Sequence record: MZ443780.1
Reading direction: 5' to 3' (one strand)
DNA length: 64,000 nucleotides
The notes beneath the pieces were generated by a model, which was given only the letters and a program-made list of their open reading frames with translations, was not told where the DNA came from and made no database searches. The position numbers were made by a program, and so were the translations under genes. Below, piece after piece: positions 48,475-56,425 of the stretch. Position 1 is the first letter of the stretch; each line of letters starts with the position of its first letter.

Positions 48475-48761
48475 TCCACATCTTCTACACTGATAGGTTT
48501 CTTGCGGCGCATATCGAGTGCGAGTTGTGCATTACGTCCGACACGCGCCATAGACTCAAGGTCTTCGTCAGAGTAACCGCTCATGCTTTCTGTGACGATA
48601 GCCATCTTTGTCATCTGGCTAGGAGTCAGATCGTACTGGTCGATGCCGTCAACAAGACCAACACCGAACCCTGCAATCTTGTTCCAGACGTCAGGCACGT
48701 TGTCATCGACTTTAACCATCAACGTTCCGTGACGCGCTACATCGTGAATATTACGAGTCAT
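48444..48761 (-). CDS. Hypothetical protein
   Basis: Likely start MTRNIHD at 48761 (GGGAG RBS). Confidence 0.5.
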   Translation of the reverse strand: MTRNIHDVARHGTLMVKVDDNVPDVWNKIAGFGVGLVDGIDQYDLTPSQMTKMAIVTESMSGYSDEDLESMARVGRNAQLALDMRRKKPISVEDVECACHPITKR

Positions 48762-48762
48762 A

Positions 48763-49482
48763 CTAAACTCCCTGATTGGCGAGATAAGTATCGGTGATGT
48801 TCGAGGTCTTCTCAACGTTACCGCGAATATAACCAATTTCGAATACCTGAACGTTGTGTTTGACAACAGCTTCACCCACTGTCTCACACGTACCGTTATT
48901 CAGATCAATAAACGCCTGACACAAACGGTCTGCGACAGGCTTGGCTAAGATCTTCATCAGCGTATGCTTCTGCACTGCGGACAGTTTGATTGGCAGTGCG
49001 TCAATCTCACGCTCGATGTTCTTCTTACCGCCATCATAAATCCAACGACAGATGGTTGCAGTCAAAGGCTTCTGGTGAGTCTTCGACGGCAACGTATAGA
49101 TGTAGGTCATCAGTCGATAGAACAGGCTGCCGTCAATCGCACGACGTTTGAGATCGTCCAGATACTTGCCAACAGGTTGCAGCTTGGCTTTCTGTGGAAC
49201 CATCTCGTCGAGTTTGAGATCAACGTCGAGGCCGTAGCGCTTCAACGTTTCACTGTGACCAAACACGTAGACAATATGATCAGGCATGTCACGAATCGCA
49301 ACAGCGTTACGCGAATACTCACGCGAGCCAACAACGAAAATGTACTTACGATATTTCTTCGAAGGATCAAGCGTACCACCAGCAGGAACAAACGTCACGC
49401 GGTCAGCATGTCCTTTCTTTTTAAGCCAGCCCATGACTTGCTCTGGGCTTTGGCGTGTTACAGCGATTACAGGCATTGTCAC
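48763..49482 (-). CDS. Hypothetical protein
   Basis: 239 aa, co-transcribed with the SbcC-like gene. Confidence 0.6.
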   Translation of the reverse strand: MTMPVIAVTRQSPEQVMGWLKKKGHADRVTFVPAGGTLDPSKKYRKYIFVVGSREYSRNAVAIRDMPDHIVYVFGHSETLKRYGLDVDLKLDEMVPQKAKLQPVGKYLDDLKRRAIDGSLFYRLMTYIYTLPSKTHQKPLTATICRWIYDGGKKNIEREIDALPIKLSAVQKHTLMKILAKPVADRLCQAFIDLNNGTCETVGEAVVKHNVQVFEIGYIRGNVEKTSNITDTYLANQGV

Positions 49483-49802
49483 TCCACCGTATCGAGAAGT
49501 TGTGATGTGAACTCACGCAGGCGCGCTTCGAGAAACTTACCAGTCTCTGGATGACAGATGAGCTGGTCGTTTTTCAGATAGACACGATTCGACGGTCTAA
49601 GCACTTTGCGCTTTTTAGGATTCATGCGCAGCGCTTGATGTACCGGTGTTGCGTAGAAGTCTTCTTCAACTTCATCCATGCAGTTCACATTGAACACCAC
49701 TTCGTACTTCGCAAACAAATGCAGGTTACGCGTGATAGTGCCCATGTCTATTGGTACGCTGTGCTTCTCATGATCGCGATTAAGCTGTCCGAAGATCATC
49801 AC
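49479..49802 (-). CDS. Hypothetical protein
   Basis: 107 aa, overlapping start and stop codons. Confidence 0.55.
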   Translation of the reverse strand: MMIFGQLNRDHEKHSVPIDMGTITRNLHLFAKYEVVFNVNCMDEVEEDFYATPVHQALRMNPKKRKVLRPSNRVYLKNDQLICHPETGKFLEARLREFTSQLLDTVE

Positions 49803-52129
49803 ATCACCTTACGTGTTAAGACGGACGTGCCGTTCTTCTTGGTCACTGTCCATTGATTATCTGAGAAGTGCTCGACACCGTTAGGCGTTATCCAGTACAC
49901 GTTCGGGATAATCTGCTTGAGTATCGGCAGGAAGTTATTGACGATGTGCTCACTTACTGCTGGGCTGCAACTGTTATCAGGTTCGTCCAGAACGATGAAG
50001 TTAGTACGACGACCCGCTGGAATGAACGGCATAATCGCAACAGCAAACAACAGGCGGAAGCAGTTAGTCTCTGCGCCACTCATGATTGCAATGTCTGTGG
50101 TCTTCTTAGAAGTCACACGCGTAACAGTCGCACCAACACCCTGCTTGGTAGTAAACAGTTGGAAGCGCATAGGCTCAGGGAACACAAGGCCGCTGTACTC
50201 ATTCAGCTTCGCTTCAATCTGCTGCAATCGACCTTCAACTGCTTTCAGCTTGAGTGCGTTGTTGCTGTATGCTTTGTACAGGACTTCGAATACCTTACGC
50301 TTATCAATCATCGGCTGGAGCTTGGCCAACTTGGTACGCAGTTCACGCAGCGTTTCCTCGTAGTGCTCATGCTCCTGAATACGCATCTGAATGCCCTGAG
50401 CTTTGCGATCTTTCTTCTCGATATCCGTGATGAGTTTGTTGAGTTCCTTCTCAATCTTTTTGTATCGACCATCGAGAACGTAGAACGGGTCTTCAGGTTC
50501 GCCTACAGCTTTCAGTGCAGAAGTCAGGTCTTTCAGAATCTCAAGATCCTTGATACGGTTCTTGATCGTCTTACGCGCTTTCTTCGGCTGCTTAACCGCT
50601 TTAGGTTTCTTGAGAGCGTCACGCTTCGCCACCAGCTTCTCGTACTTCTTCGCGGCCTCGAATTGTTCTTCCATCGTATCGAGTTTCTTCCCGATAGACT
50701 TCAACTGCTTCTCAAGTTCTTTGCGGTCATGCTTAGGCTTCTTCACCTTGTTGTCTTTCAACGCGGTGAGTTCTGCATTCAGCTTGTGGTAGTCAATCGC
50801 TTCGATACACTCATCAATGATTGCCTGAGCTTTCGTTGCAGCGCGTGACATAGCTTTCAGGTCAACGTCTTGTCCGCAGGTAGGGCAAGAGTTACCGTCA
50901 TGGTCGTGCTCCTCAAACGCACGATACGCCTGAACTATCGCTTTGGATTCTGCTCGGGCATCTTGTGCCTCTTCCTGAGTTCGTTTAGGAGCTTTGAGCT
51001 TAGACAGCTTTTTACTGAGCTTGTCAACTGCTTCTCGCCAGTCGTCGTATTCTTCTTGTTGCTCATCAACTTTCTCCAACAGCTCCTGCAGGCTTTCTTC
51101 TTCCTTGACCAAAGCGCTGTGCTTCTTACGCAGCTTTTTGTTGTCGAGGTCAGCAACATCGCCGAGAGCTTTGATTTTCTTTTTGACCGATGCGAGTTCT
51201 GCTTCGTATTCTTCGAGGTCAGACACGTACTCATCGTAACGGTCAAACTCCACCAGCATACCACGAAGGTTATTCAGTTCACCTTTCGGATCGTCAGACT
51301 CAATGCCGAGCGTATCGAGCTGGTGCTTGAGCTTTTCGTACTTACGCGCAGACGAACGAGCAGAGCCGAGATCAATCAACTCTTCACCTAAACGGTTACG
51401 GCGTTTCTTCAATTTGTCCGACTGTTCGATGATAGCGGCAAGCGTATTCTTTTCCTGCGCGTGAATGTCCAGCGCGTTCTGTTTACGCTGCGTCACGTCG
51501 AGCATATCAGCCAGGCCTTTAGATTCTGTCTCTGCTTCTTTCGCAAGGTCCAGTTTCTTTTTCAGCGCTATACGGATGTTATCGAACACATCAAGGCCGA
51601 ATAGGTTTGTCAGATACTTGAGTCGATCAGCAGGTGACGAACGCTGGAACGGATGTTCAATCTGCGACTGAATGTAGCAGTAGCTATAGAACTCCTCACG
51701 CGTTAATGGCCAGTGCTTAGTCACCCAAGAACGTGCAACGTCCTGACGATCTACTTTCTGGTCTTCACCGTTGTAGTAAACTTTGTACTTGGTCTTCGTC
51801 TGCACGATGCGAACGATGCCACCAAGAGGTGAGTGCCACGACAGGTCAATCGAGCTATCCTTGCCGAGCATGTTACCCTTGTCTTTCTTTTTCAGGGCAA
51901 GCGGGTCTGCTTCATACAGCAATGTTGGGATAGCACCGAACAGGAGGCTTTTGCCTACACCGTTCGTGTTGTCTTTGACGTTTGGACTATCGAGGTTCTT
52001 ACCACAAATAGTTGCGAAGCCTTCACTGTCCAGTGTGTCGATATCAAGCTCTTTGTACACGCCAACATCGCGGAGATGAATCTCTTTCAGGCCGATGCCG
52101 TGGTTATGTTTCTGCTTCGCTTTGCCCAT
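49799..52129 (-). CDS. SbcC/Rad50-like SMC ATPase
   Basis: NGVGKS (Walker A), YIQSQ (Q-loop), coiled coils around a CPTCG zinc hook, MSGAE (signature), VLDEP (Walker B). Confidence 0.9.
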   Translation of the reverse strand: MGKAKQKHNHGIGLKEIHLRDVGVYKELDIDTLDSEGFATICGKNLDSPNVKDNTNGVGKSLLFGAIPTLLYEADPLALKKKDKGNMLGKDSSIDLSWHSPLGGIVRIVQTKTKYKVYYNGEDQKVDRQDVARSWVTKHWPLTREEFYSYCYIQSQIEHPFQRSSPADRLKYLTNLFGLDVFDNIRIALKKKLDLAKEAETESKGLADMLDVTQRKQNALDIHAQEKNTLAAIIEQSDKLKKRRNRLGEELIDLGSARSSARKYEKLKHQLDTLGIESDDPKGELNNLRGMLVEFDRYDEYVSDLEEYEAELASVKKKIKALGDVADLDNKKLRKKHSALVKEEESLQELLEKVDEQQEEYDDWREAVDKLSKKLSKLKAPKRTQEEAQDARAESKAIVQAYRAFEEHDHDGNSCPTCGQDVDLKAMSRAATKAQAIIDECIEAIDYHKLNAELTALKDNKVKKPKHDRKELEKQLKSIGKKLDTMEEQFEAAKKYEKLVAKRDALKKPKAVKQPKKARKTIKNRIKDLEILKDLTSALKAVGEPEDPFYVLDGRYKKIEKELNKLITDIEKKDRKAQGIQMRIQEHEHYEETLRELRTKLAKLQPMIDKRKVFEVLYKAYSNNALKLKAVEGRLQQIEAKLNEYSGLVFPEPMRFQLFTTKQGVGATVTRVTSKKTTDIAIMSGAETNCFRLLFAVAIMPFIPAGRRTNFIVLDEPDNSCSPAVSEHIVNNFLPILKQIIPNVYWITPNGVEHFSDNQWTVTKKNGTSVLTRKVM

Positions 52130-52317
52130 TAGATGTACTCGCAGGTCTGTTCTTGAATCAGGCCTTTACCGTGAGTCTGTTCGAACACTTCGATCTCATC
52201 ATCGGTATAAGGCTCACCTGCTTCTGCGATAACGTCATACGAAATTGATTCGTCACGCGTATCTGACACAACAGGTTTGATGAGTCGCCACAGAGGTAAT
52301 GCAGTTTTAGTAGTCAT
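52129..52317 (-). CDS. Hypothetical protein
   Basis: 62 aa, overlapping start and stop codons. Confidence 0.55.
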   Translation of the reverse strand: MTTKTALPLWRLIKPVVSDTRDESISYDVIAEAGEPYTDDEIEVFEQTHGKGLIQEQTCEYI

Positions 52318-52526
52318 TAGTGAAATACCTTCTGGCGTTCAACCCAAAGATCAGTAGCACGATACACCTTACGCAGTTCTTCCAGCTTTGCTTCTGGAAC
52401 AGGTGTTGGTGAAGAGAAGATGCACTGCGGTGTCTTCTCCTCTTTGCCTGTTACTGGATTGATATCGGTATCGTGACGCATTACGTTCCAGCACCCGTTA
52501 GTGCGGATATTGATAGTCTGTTCCAC
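52317..52526 (-). CDS. Hypothetical protein
   Basis: 69 aa, first gene after a CTGTAAATA motif. Confidence 0.55.
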   Translation of the reverse strand: MEQTINIRTNGCWNVMRHDTDINPVTGKEEKTPQCIFSSPTPVPEAKLEELRKVYRATDLWVERQKVFH

Positions 52527-52589
52527 TGCAATGTACCTATATTTGGTCTAAATGATATATGCTATTTACAGTTTTAAGGTGTATAGACG

Positions 52590-52620
52590 AAAAGAAGGGC
52601 CACCCTTAGGCAGCCCCTTC
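52590..52620 (-). terminator. Rho-independent terminator spanning a stop codon
   Basis: GAAGGGGCTGCC-TAAG-GGTGGCCCTTC followed by TTTT. Confidence 0.7.
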
Positions 52621-53124
52621 GTACACTTTGCGTTTGCCACCGTCCATGTAGTGGTCTGCATAGAACGGACCGCTAACACCTTTGAGGCCTAGTTTATTTT
52701 TAAGGGTATTCTTACGCGCGAACACATACTTCAAATGCTCGTTGCGTTTTCTTCTGCGCTCTGGCGACCAACCCTTCATCTCGTTTTCAATCTTACGCAC
52801 TGAGGCATCGAGAGAAACGAGGTTCTGATAATCGTTGGTTGCTTTGCTGCACGATGAGAATACCTTACGCACACCGTTGTCGAGATAGTGGTCTTCGTAG
52901 AAAGGACCGCTAACATCGTCTAAGCCTATTCGACGTCTAAGCTGACGGTGCAGACGCTTCGGCCACACCAGCTCGTCATCAATCAGGTGGATTACTGCGG
53001 GCATTGCTTCGCGCTGATCGTTAAGCAAAGAATTGATCTTCGCGTCGATGCGACACAACTCTTTGTAGTCGTCATGAGGCGAAGGACATTGCGCTTTGGA
53101 TAAATCGACAGTGAGTTCCATCAA
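52606..53124 (-). CDS. Hypothetical protein with an internal two-copy repeat
   Basis: GLDDVSGPFYEDHYLDNGVRKVF and GLKGVSGPFYADHYMDGGKRKVY. Confidence 0.65.
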   Translation of the reverse strand: MMELTVDLSKAQCPSPHDDYKELCRIDAKINSLLNDQREAMPAVIHLIDDELVWPKRLHRQLRRRIGLDDVSGPFYEDHYLDNGVRKVFSSCSKATNDYQNLVSLDASVRKIENEMKGWSPERRRKRNEHLKYVFARKNTLKNKLGLKGVSGPFYADHYMDGGKRKVYEGAA

Positions 53125-53567
53125 TACCTCCGAGGCTTTTTAGGCTTCTTGATAGCTGACTTAGGTCGCTTGATACGTTGCAGTGCCTTACGCGCTTCGA
53201 CAATCTGCTTGGCGACAGTAGCACGACGCTCTTTGATTTGCGCAGTGTCCTGTTCAGTACCTTTCAGTTTATCAAGACGGTTCCACTCTTTGACCAAGCG
53301 ATCAACTACAGCAGCACGGGAAACGCGTTGCTGATTGACACGCACAATGTCCTGCTGGGTCTTAACTGAGTTGCGCGTAGCATTGACTTCATCACGCGCT
53401 GACGTTACGCCTTTGGTATCGCCCTCAGATTGCTTGTCGTTAAGTTTCTTACGAGCAACAGCAGCACGGCGTTGTGCTCCCTTGAGATCGTCTTTCGAGT
53501 TCTCTAAGGAAACTTTTGTGTCTTCAAGTGGGCTGGTGCGCACACTCAAACTAACTTGAATTTCCAT
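53121..53567 (-). CDS. Basic coiled-coil protein with the MEIQVSLS leader
   Basis: True start at ATG 53567 (GGAG RBS); the ORF-track extension reads through a terminator. Confidence 0.65.
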   Translation of the reverse strand: MEIQVSLSVRTSPLEDTKVSLENSKDDLKGAQRRAAVARKKLNDKQSEGDTKGVTSARDEVNATRNSVKTQQDIVRVNQQRVSRAAVVDRLVKEWNRLDKLKGTEQDTAQIKERRATVAKQIVEARKALQRIKRPKSAIKKPKKPRRY

Positions 53568-53583
53568 GACGGCTCCAGAAATG

Positions 53584-53610
53584 AAAAAGGGCAGCCGAAG
53601 CCACCCTTTT
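53584..53610 (-). terminator. Terminator of the repeated family
   Basis: AAAAGGGTGGC-TTCG-GCTGCCCTTTTT. Confidence 0.8.
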
Positions 53611-53697
53611 GTAGATGGCGCGCTATGCACCCGACTGTTAAGTCTACTACGATTATTTTACCTCGCAGTAGTGGGCGAGGAGATTAGGATCACCTCC

Positions 53698-54234
53698 TCA
53701 TGCTGATTGAAGATCGAGAAGTTCCTCGTCTTCGATATCAGCGGCAGACCACGAACGAAGCACGGAAGCATTGCCGCGATTGCCTGTCAACATCATTTTG
53801 ATTGACGGCTTAGCATCGCGCTCTGCATAGTGATCGATAAGAGCTTTCTCTGTACCGAACCACAGAATGGAGTGACCACCTTTAGGGCAGATTAAGAACT
53901 GCGCCGGACGCTGAGGTACGTTCAACGTCATGTAGAAATCGCCGGCACCTGTAGGGCCCATCATAGGCATAGGCTTCATGACAGCCATGAAGTCGTTAGC
54001 ATCTTTCAGACGCTTATCGCCGAGCAACCACAGTGCGCCTTCTTCACCTTCACGCACGGCAGACAATGTGCCTTTGCGAGTAGTGATAGATCCGAATGTG
54101 TCTTGATCGAAGCGGGCCAGACCAAAGATAAGTGATGCAAGTTTCTTCAGGTCAGGGGTCGTGCATGGGCTGTCAATTTTCGCCATGCCCTCAGACCCAA
54201 GTGTAATCTTCGAGAGTGAAACAAAGATTTCCAT
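53698..54234 (-). CDS. Hypothetical protein with the MEIFVSLS leader
   Basis: 178 aa, preceded by CGCTAATTTT. Confidence 0.65.
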   Translation of the reverse strand: MEIFVSLSKITLGSEGMAKIDSPCTTPDLKKLASLIFGLARFDQDTFGSITTRKGTLSAVREGEEGALWLLGDKRLKDANDFMAVMKPMPMMGPTGAGDFYMTLNVPQRPAQFLICPKGGHSILWFGTEKALIDHYAERDAKPSIKMMLTGNRGNASVLRSWSAADIEDEELLDLQSA

Positions 54235-54301
54235 TGTTTGTCTTCCAGCGCTATTGTGAATTGTAGTCTAAAATTAGCGTCCCATCAGACATTTCTGAAA
54301 T

Positions 54302-54333
54302 AAAAATGGGCAGCTAAATAGCCACCCATTTTT
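54302..54333 (-). terminator. Terminator (variant of the repeated family)
   Basis: AAAAATGGGTGGCT-ATTT-AGCTGCCCATTTTT. Confidence 0.8.
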
Positions 54334-54340
54334 CACTTAT

Positions 54341-55615
54341 TTACTTTTTCTTCTTTTTCTTTTTAGGCTTTTCGTCTTCATCGTCGTTGCCTAAATCAAC
54401 CACCAGCTTGCCACTATAGATATCAGACATGGTTCTGGTGATGCAGGTTTCGAGCATGATATCTGCCGGTACGGAAGTTGAGTTGAATGCAACCTCTGCG
54501 TCTGCTAATGCTGATTGCAAATACACCAGACTGACCAGATTGACTTTGATGTTGTCTTTCTTGGTCATATTCATGAACATCTTGAGGCCAGCAGACTGCC
54601 ACTTGTTCGTCTCGGCGTAATGCCCCAGCACACCGTGAATAATCCAACGAGCTTTCGCTACGATGCCGCGCGGGTTGTTTGCTTCACGCAGGAACTGAAT
54701 CACACCAATCAGGTCCATCGAGAGATAAGCACCAATCGTCTGAACCGCTTTCGCTTCCATGTCGATTTCTGGATCAGCAGCAGCGAGTTCGGCAACGAGG
54801 TTCTTATCGAAGTCTTCGCCACCTTTAACAGACGAGTAGATGTTTTGCAGCATGGTGATTGCACCACGCATCTGACCACCAGCATACTCTGCAACCTGAT
54901 GCAGTGCCGCTTCTGCTTTATCACGAGCCTTGTCTTTCTTCGGCAGGATATCCAGCTTGCCGCTAATCTCTACCAGACGTTTGTGAATCACGTCAGTAGG
55001 AATAGGTCTGATTGGCAATTGGGTCATGCGACTGATCATGGTGTTCTTCATCTTCTCAGGGTTCGTCGTTACGAAGATGAAGACAACGTGCGCTGGTGGC
55101 TGTTCGGTAATCTTGAGTAGCTTAGATTCAGCAGCACTGGACATGAGGTGCGATTCATCGAAGATGAAGATGCGGCGTTTGAACATCGGGCTTAACGGTG
55201 CACTGTCCACGATCTTCTGTGAGCCGTCAACTTTACCTGCATCGCCACCCATGTCAAACTCTTGCACGTCCATGTGTGAACCCAAGTCCATCAGTTCACA
55301 CGAACGACATTTACCACACGCGTTGAACGTGTCGCAGTTGATGTACTTCGCCACCAGACGTGCGAACGTTGTTTTACCGCTGCCGAGGTGGCCGGTGATA
55401 ATCATCGTTGACGGAATCGTCTTCGACTTCTGCCAGCCTTTCATGATCTTGACGATGTGGTCTTGGCCAACATAGTCTTCGATACGCTTCGGTCGGAACT
55501 GGTCTGCGAAGTTAACTGTGGTTAGCTCTACAGACTCGGAAGAACCGCTTTTCTTCTTCGACGGTTTCCCATCGTCAAAGCTACGCTTCTTCTTTTTCTT
55601 TTCTTCTTTAGCCAT
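54341..55615 (-). CDS. dnaX: Clamp loader subunit, DNA Pol III gamma/tau-like
   Basis: FRPKRIEDYVGQ, GHLGSGKTTFAR, CGKCRSC zinc module, IFIFDESH, ISRM (SRC-like). Confidence 0.88.
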   Translation of the reverse strand: MAKEEKKKKKRSFDDGKPSKKKSGSSESVELTTVNFADQFRPKRIEDYVGQDHIVKIMKGWQKSKTIPSTMIITGHLGSGKTTFARLVAKYINCDTFNACGKCRSCELMDLGSHMDVQEFDMGGDAGKVDGSQKIVDSAPLSPMFKRRIFIFDESHLMSSAAESKLLKITEQPPAHVVFIFVTTNPEKMKNTMISRMTQLPIRPIPTDVIHKRLVEISGKLDILPKKDKARDKAEAALHQVAEYAGGQMRGAITMLQNIYSSVKGGEDFDKNLVAELAAADPEIDMEAKAVQTIGAYLSMDLIGVIQFLREANNPRGIVAKARWIIHGVLGHYAETNKWQSAGLKMFMNMTKKDNIKVNLVSLVYLQSALADAEVAFNSTSVPADIMLETCITRTMSDIYSGKLVVDLGNDDEDEKPKKKKKKK

Positions 55616-55669
55616 TGTACTTTGCCCTTTAGTCTAATGCGTTACATCAGGTATTTACAGTATTTAGAC

Positions 55670-55705
55670 AAAAAGAAAGGACCACATCCAAAATGGAGGG
55701 TCCTT
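55670..55705 (-). terminator. Rho-independent terminator
   Basis: AAGGACC...GGTCCTT stem followed by TCTTTTT. Confidence 0.65.
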
Positions 55706-55758
55706 ATGGTGTTACAATAAGTTTGGGATGGTAACGCATCGGCAGTGGGCGCTGTCGA

Positions 55759-55956
55759 TTAGGCAAAGCACATTTCCCAGCGCGGTACAACGCGGAAGAA
55801 GTGCTTAAAGTTGGACGGTGGATTCTTCTTGATTGACTCAAGTTTCTGTTCCACTACGTCATAATCTTTTATGCCACTCTCAACGGTGTGAGTGGTGAAC
55901 GTACCGTCAGCCTGAATCAAATCGGCGACAACACGGTAGCTTGGTCTACGAAGCAT
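55759..55956 (-). CDS. Hypothetical protein
   Basis: 65 aa, GGAG RBS, CTGTAAACA upstream. Confidence 0.6.
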   Translation of the reverse strand: MLRRPSYRVVADLIQADGTFTTHTVESGIKDYDVVEQKLESIKKNPPSNFKHFFRVVPRWEMCFA

Positions 55957-56044
55957 CTATTCTCCTGTGCTAAAATTTCTCGTTCTTCTGAATTATGTTT
56001 ACAGTTTACCGCGAGTAGTCACATAAGAATAAAGTCAGACAAAT

Positions 56045-56390
56045 CTTAAAACTCCAATAGGCTCTCAGTAGAAAACTTATTGGAGTCCACCCTGACAAGA
56101 TGACGGTCCTGTCAAGGTTTTCTCCCCGTGCTATTCAATGCACCAGCACGGTAGCGCTCGCGGTCTTACGCCCTTTGTGGCAGCGAACATTTCGGCAGGT
56201 AGCGTGGTTCGCAGCCCTAGGCAGCCGCTTTCGGCCATTAGCGATAACGCGGTGTTACGCTACTTGGCCTAGGGTGACTCTGGGCCGAGTCTGTACAAAA
56301 AAGAGTTCGGCCTATCCCCAAATTCGGCAAAAGAAATAAGCCGAACTAAACAGTCAGCGCAAACTCCGTATGCACTGTTTTGTACTGTCA
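56045..56390 (-). ncRNA. Candidate structured non-coding RNA (family unknown)
   Basis: No credible ORF; about 7 adjacent stems; G-U wobbles favour the minus strand; CTAATTT motif at 56392-98. Confidence 0.5.
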
Positions 56391-56425
56391 TAAATTAGAA
56401 ACATCCTGTAATATTCAGACAATTC

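Noticed and set aside
11052-53610. Repeated GGGCAGCCGAAGCCACCC as CRISPR or REP repeats
   Set aside because: Copies are kilobases apart, sit right after stop codons and have T tracts, so they are terminators, not an array.
56100-56339. 79-aa plus-strand ORF in the hairpin region
   Set aside because: Opposite strand to all genes and no convincing RBS; the region's dense base-pairing is better explained as RNA or DNA structure.
56045-56390. tRNA, tmRNA, SRP RNA or hammerhead identity for the structured region
   Set aside because: No cloverleaf with a T-loop and CCA end, no SRP GGAA/AGCAG loop and no intact CUGANGA...GAAA core on either strand.
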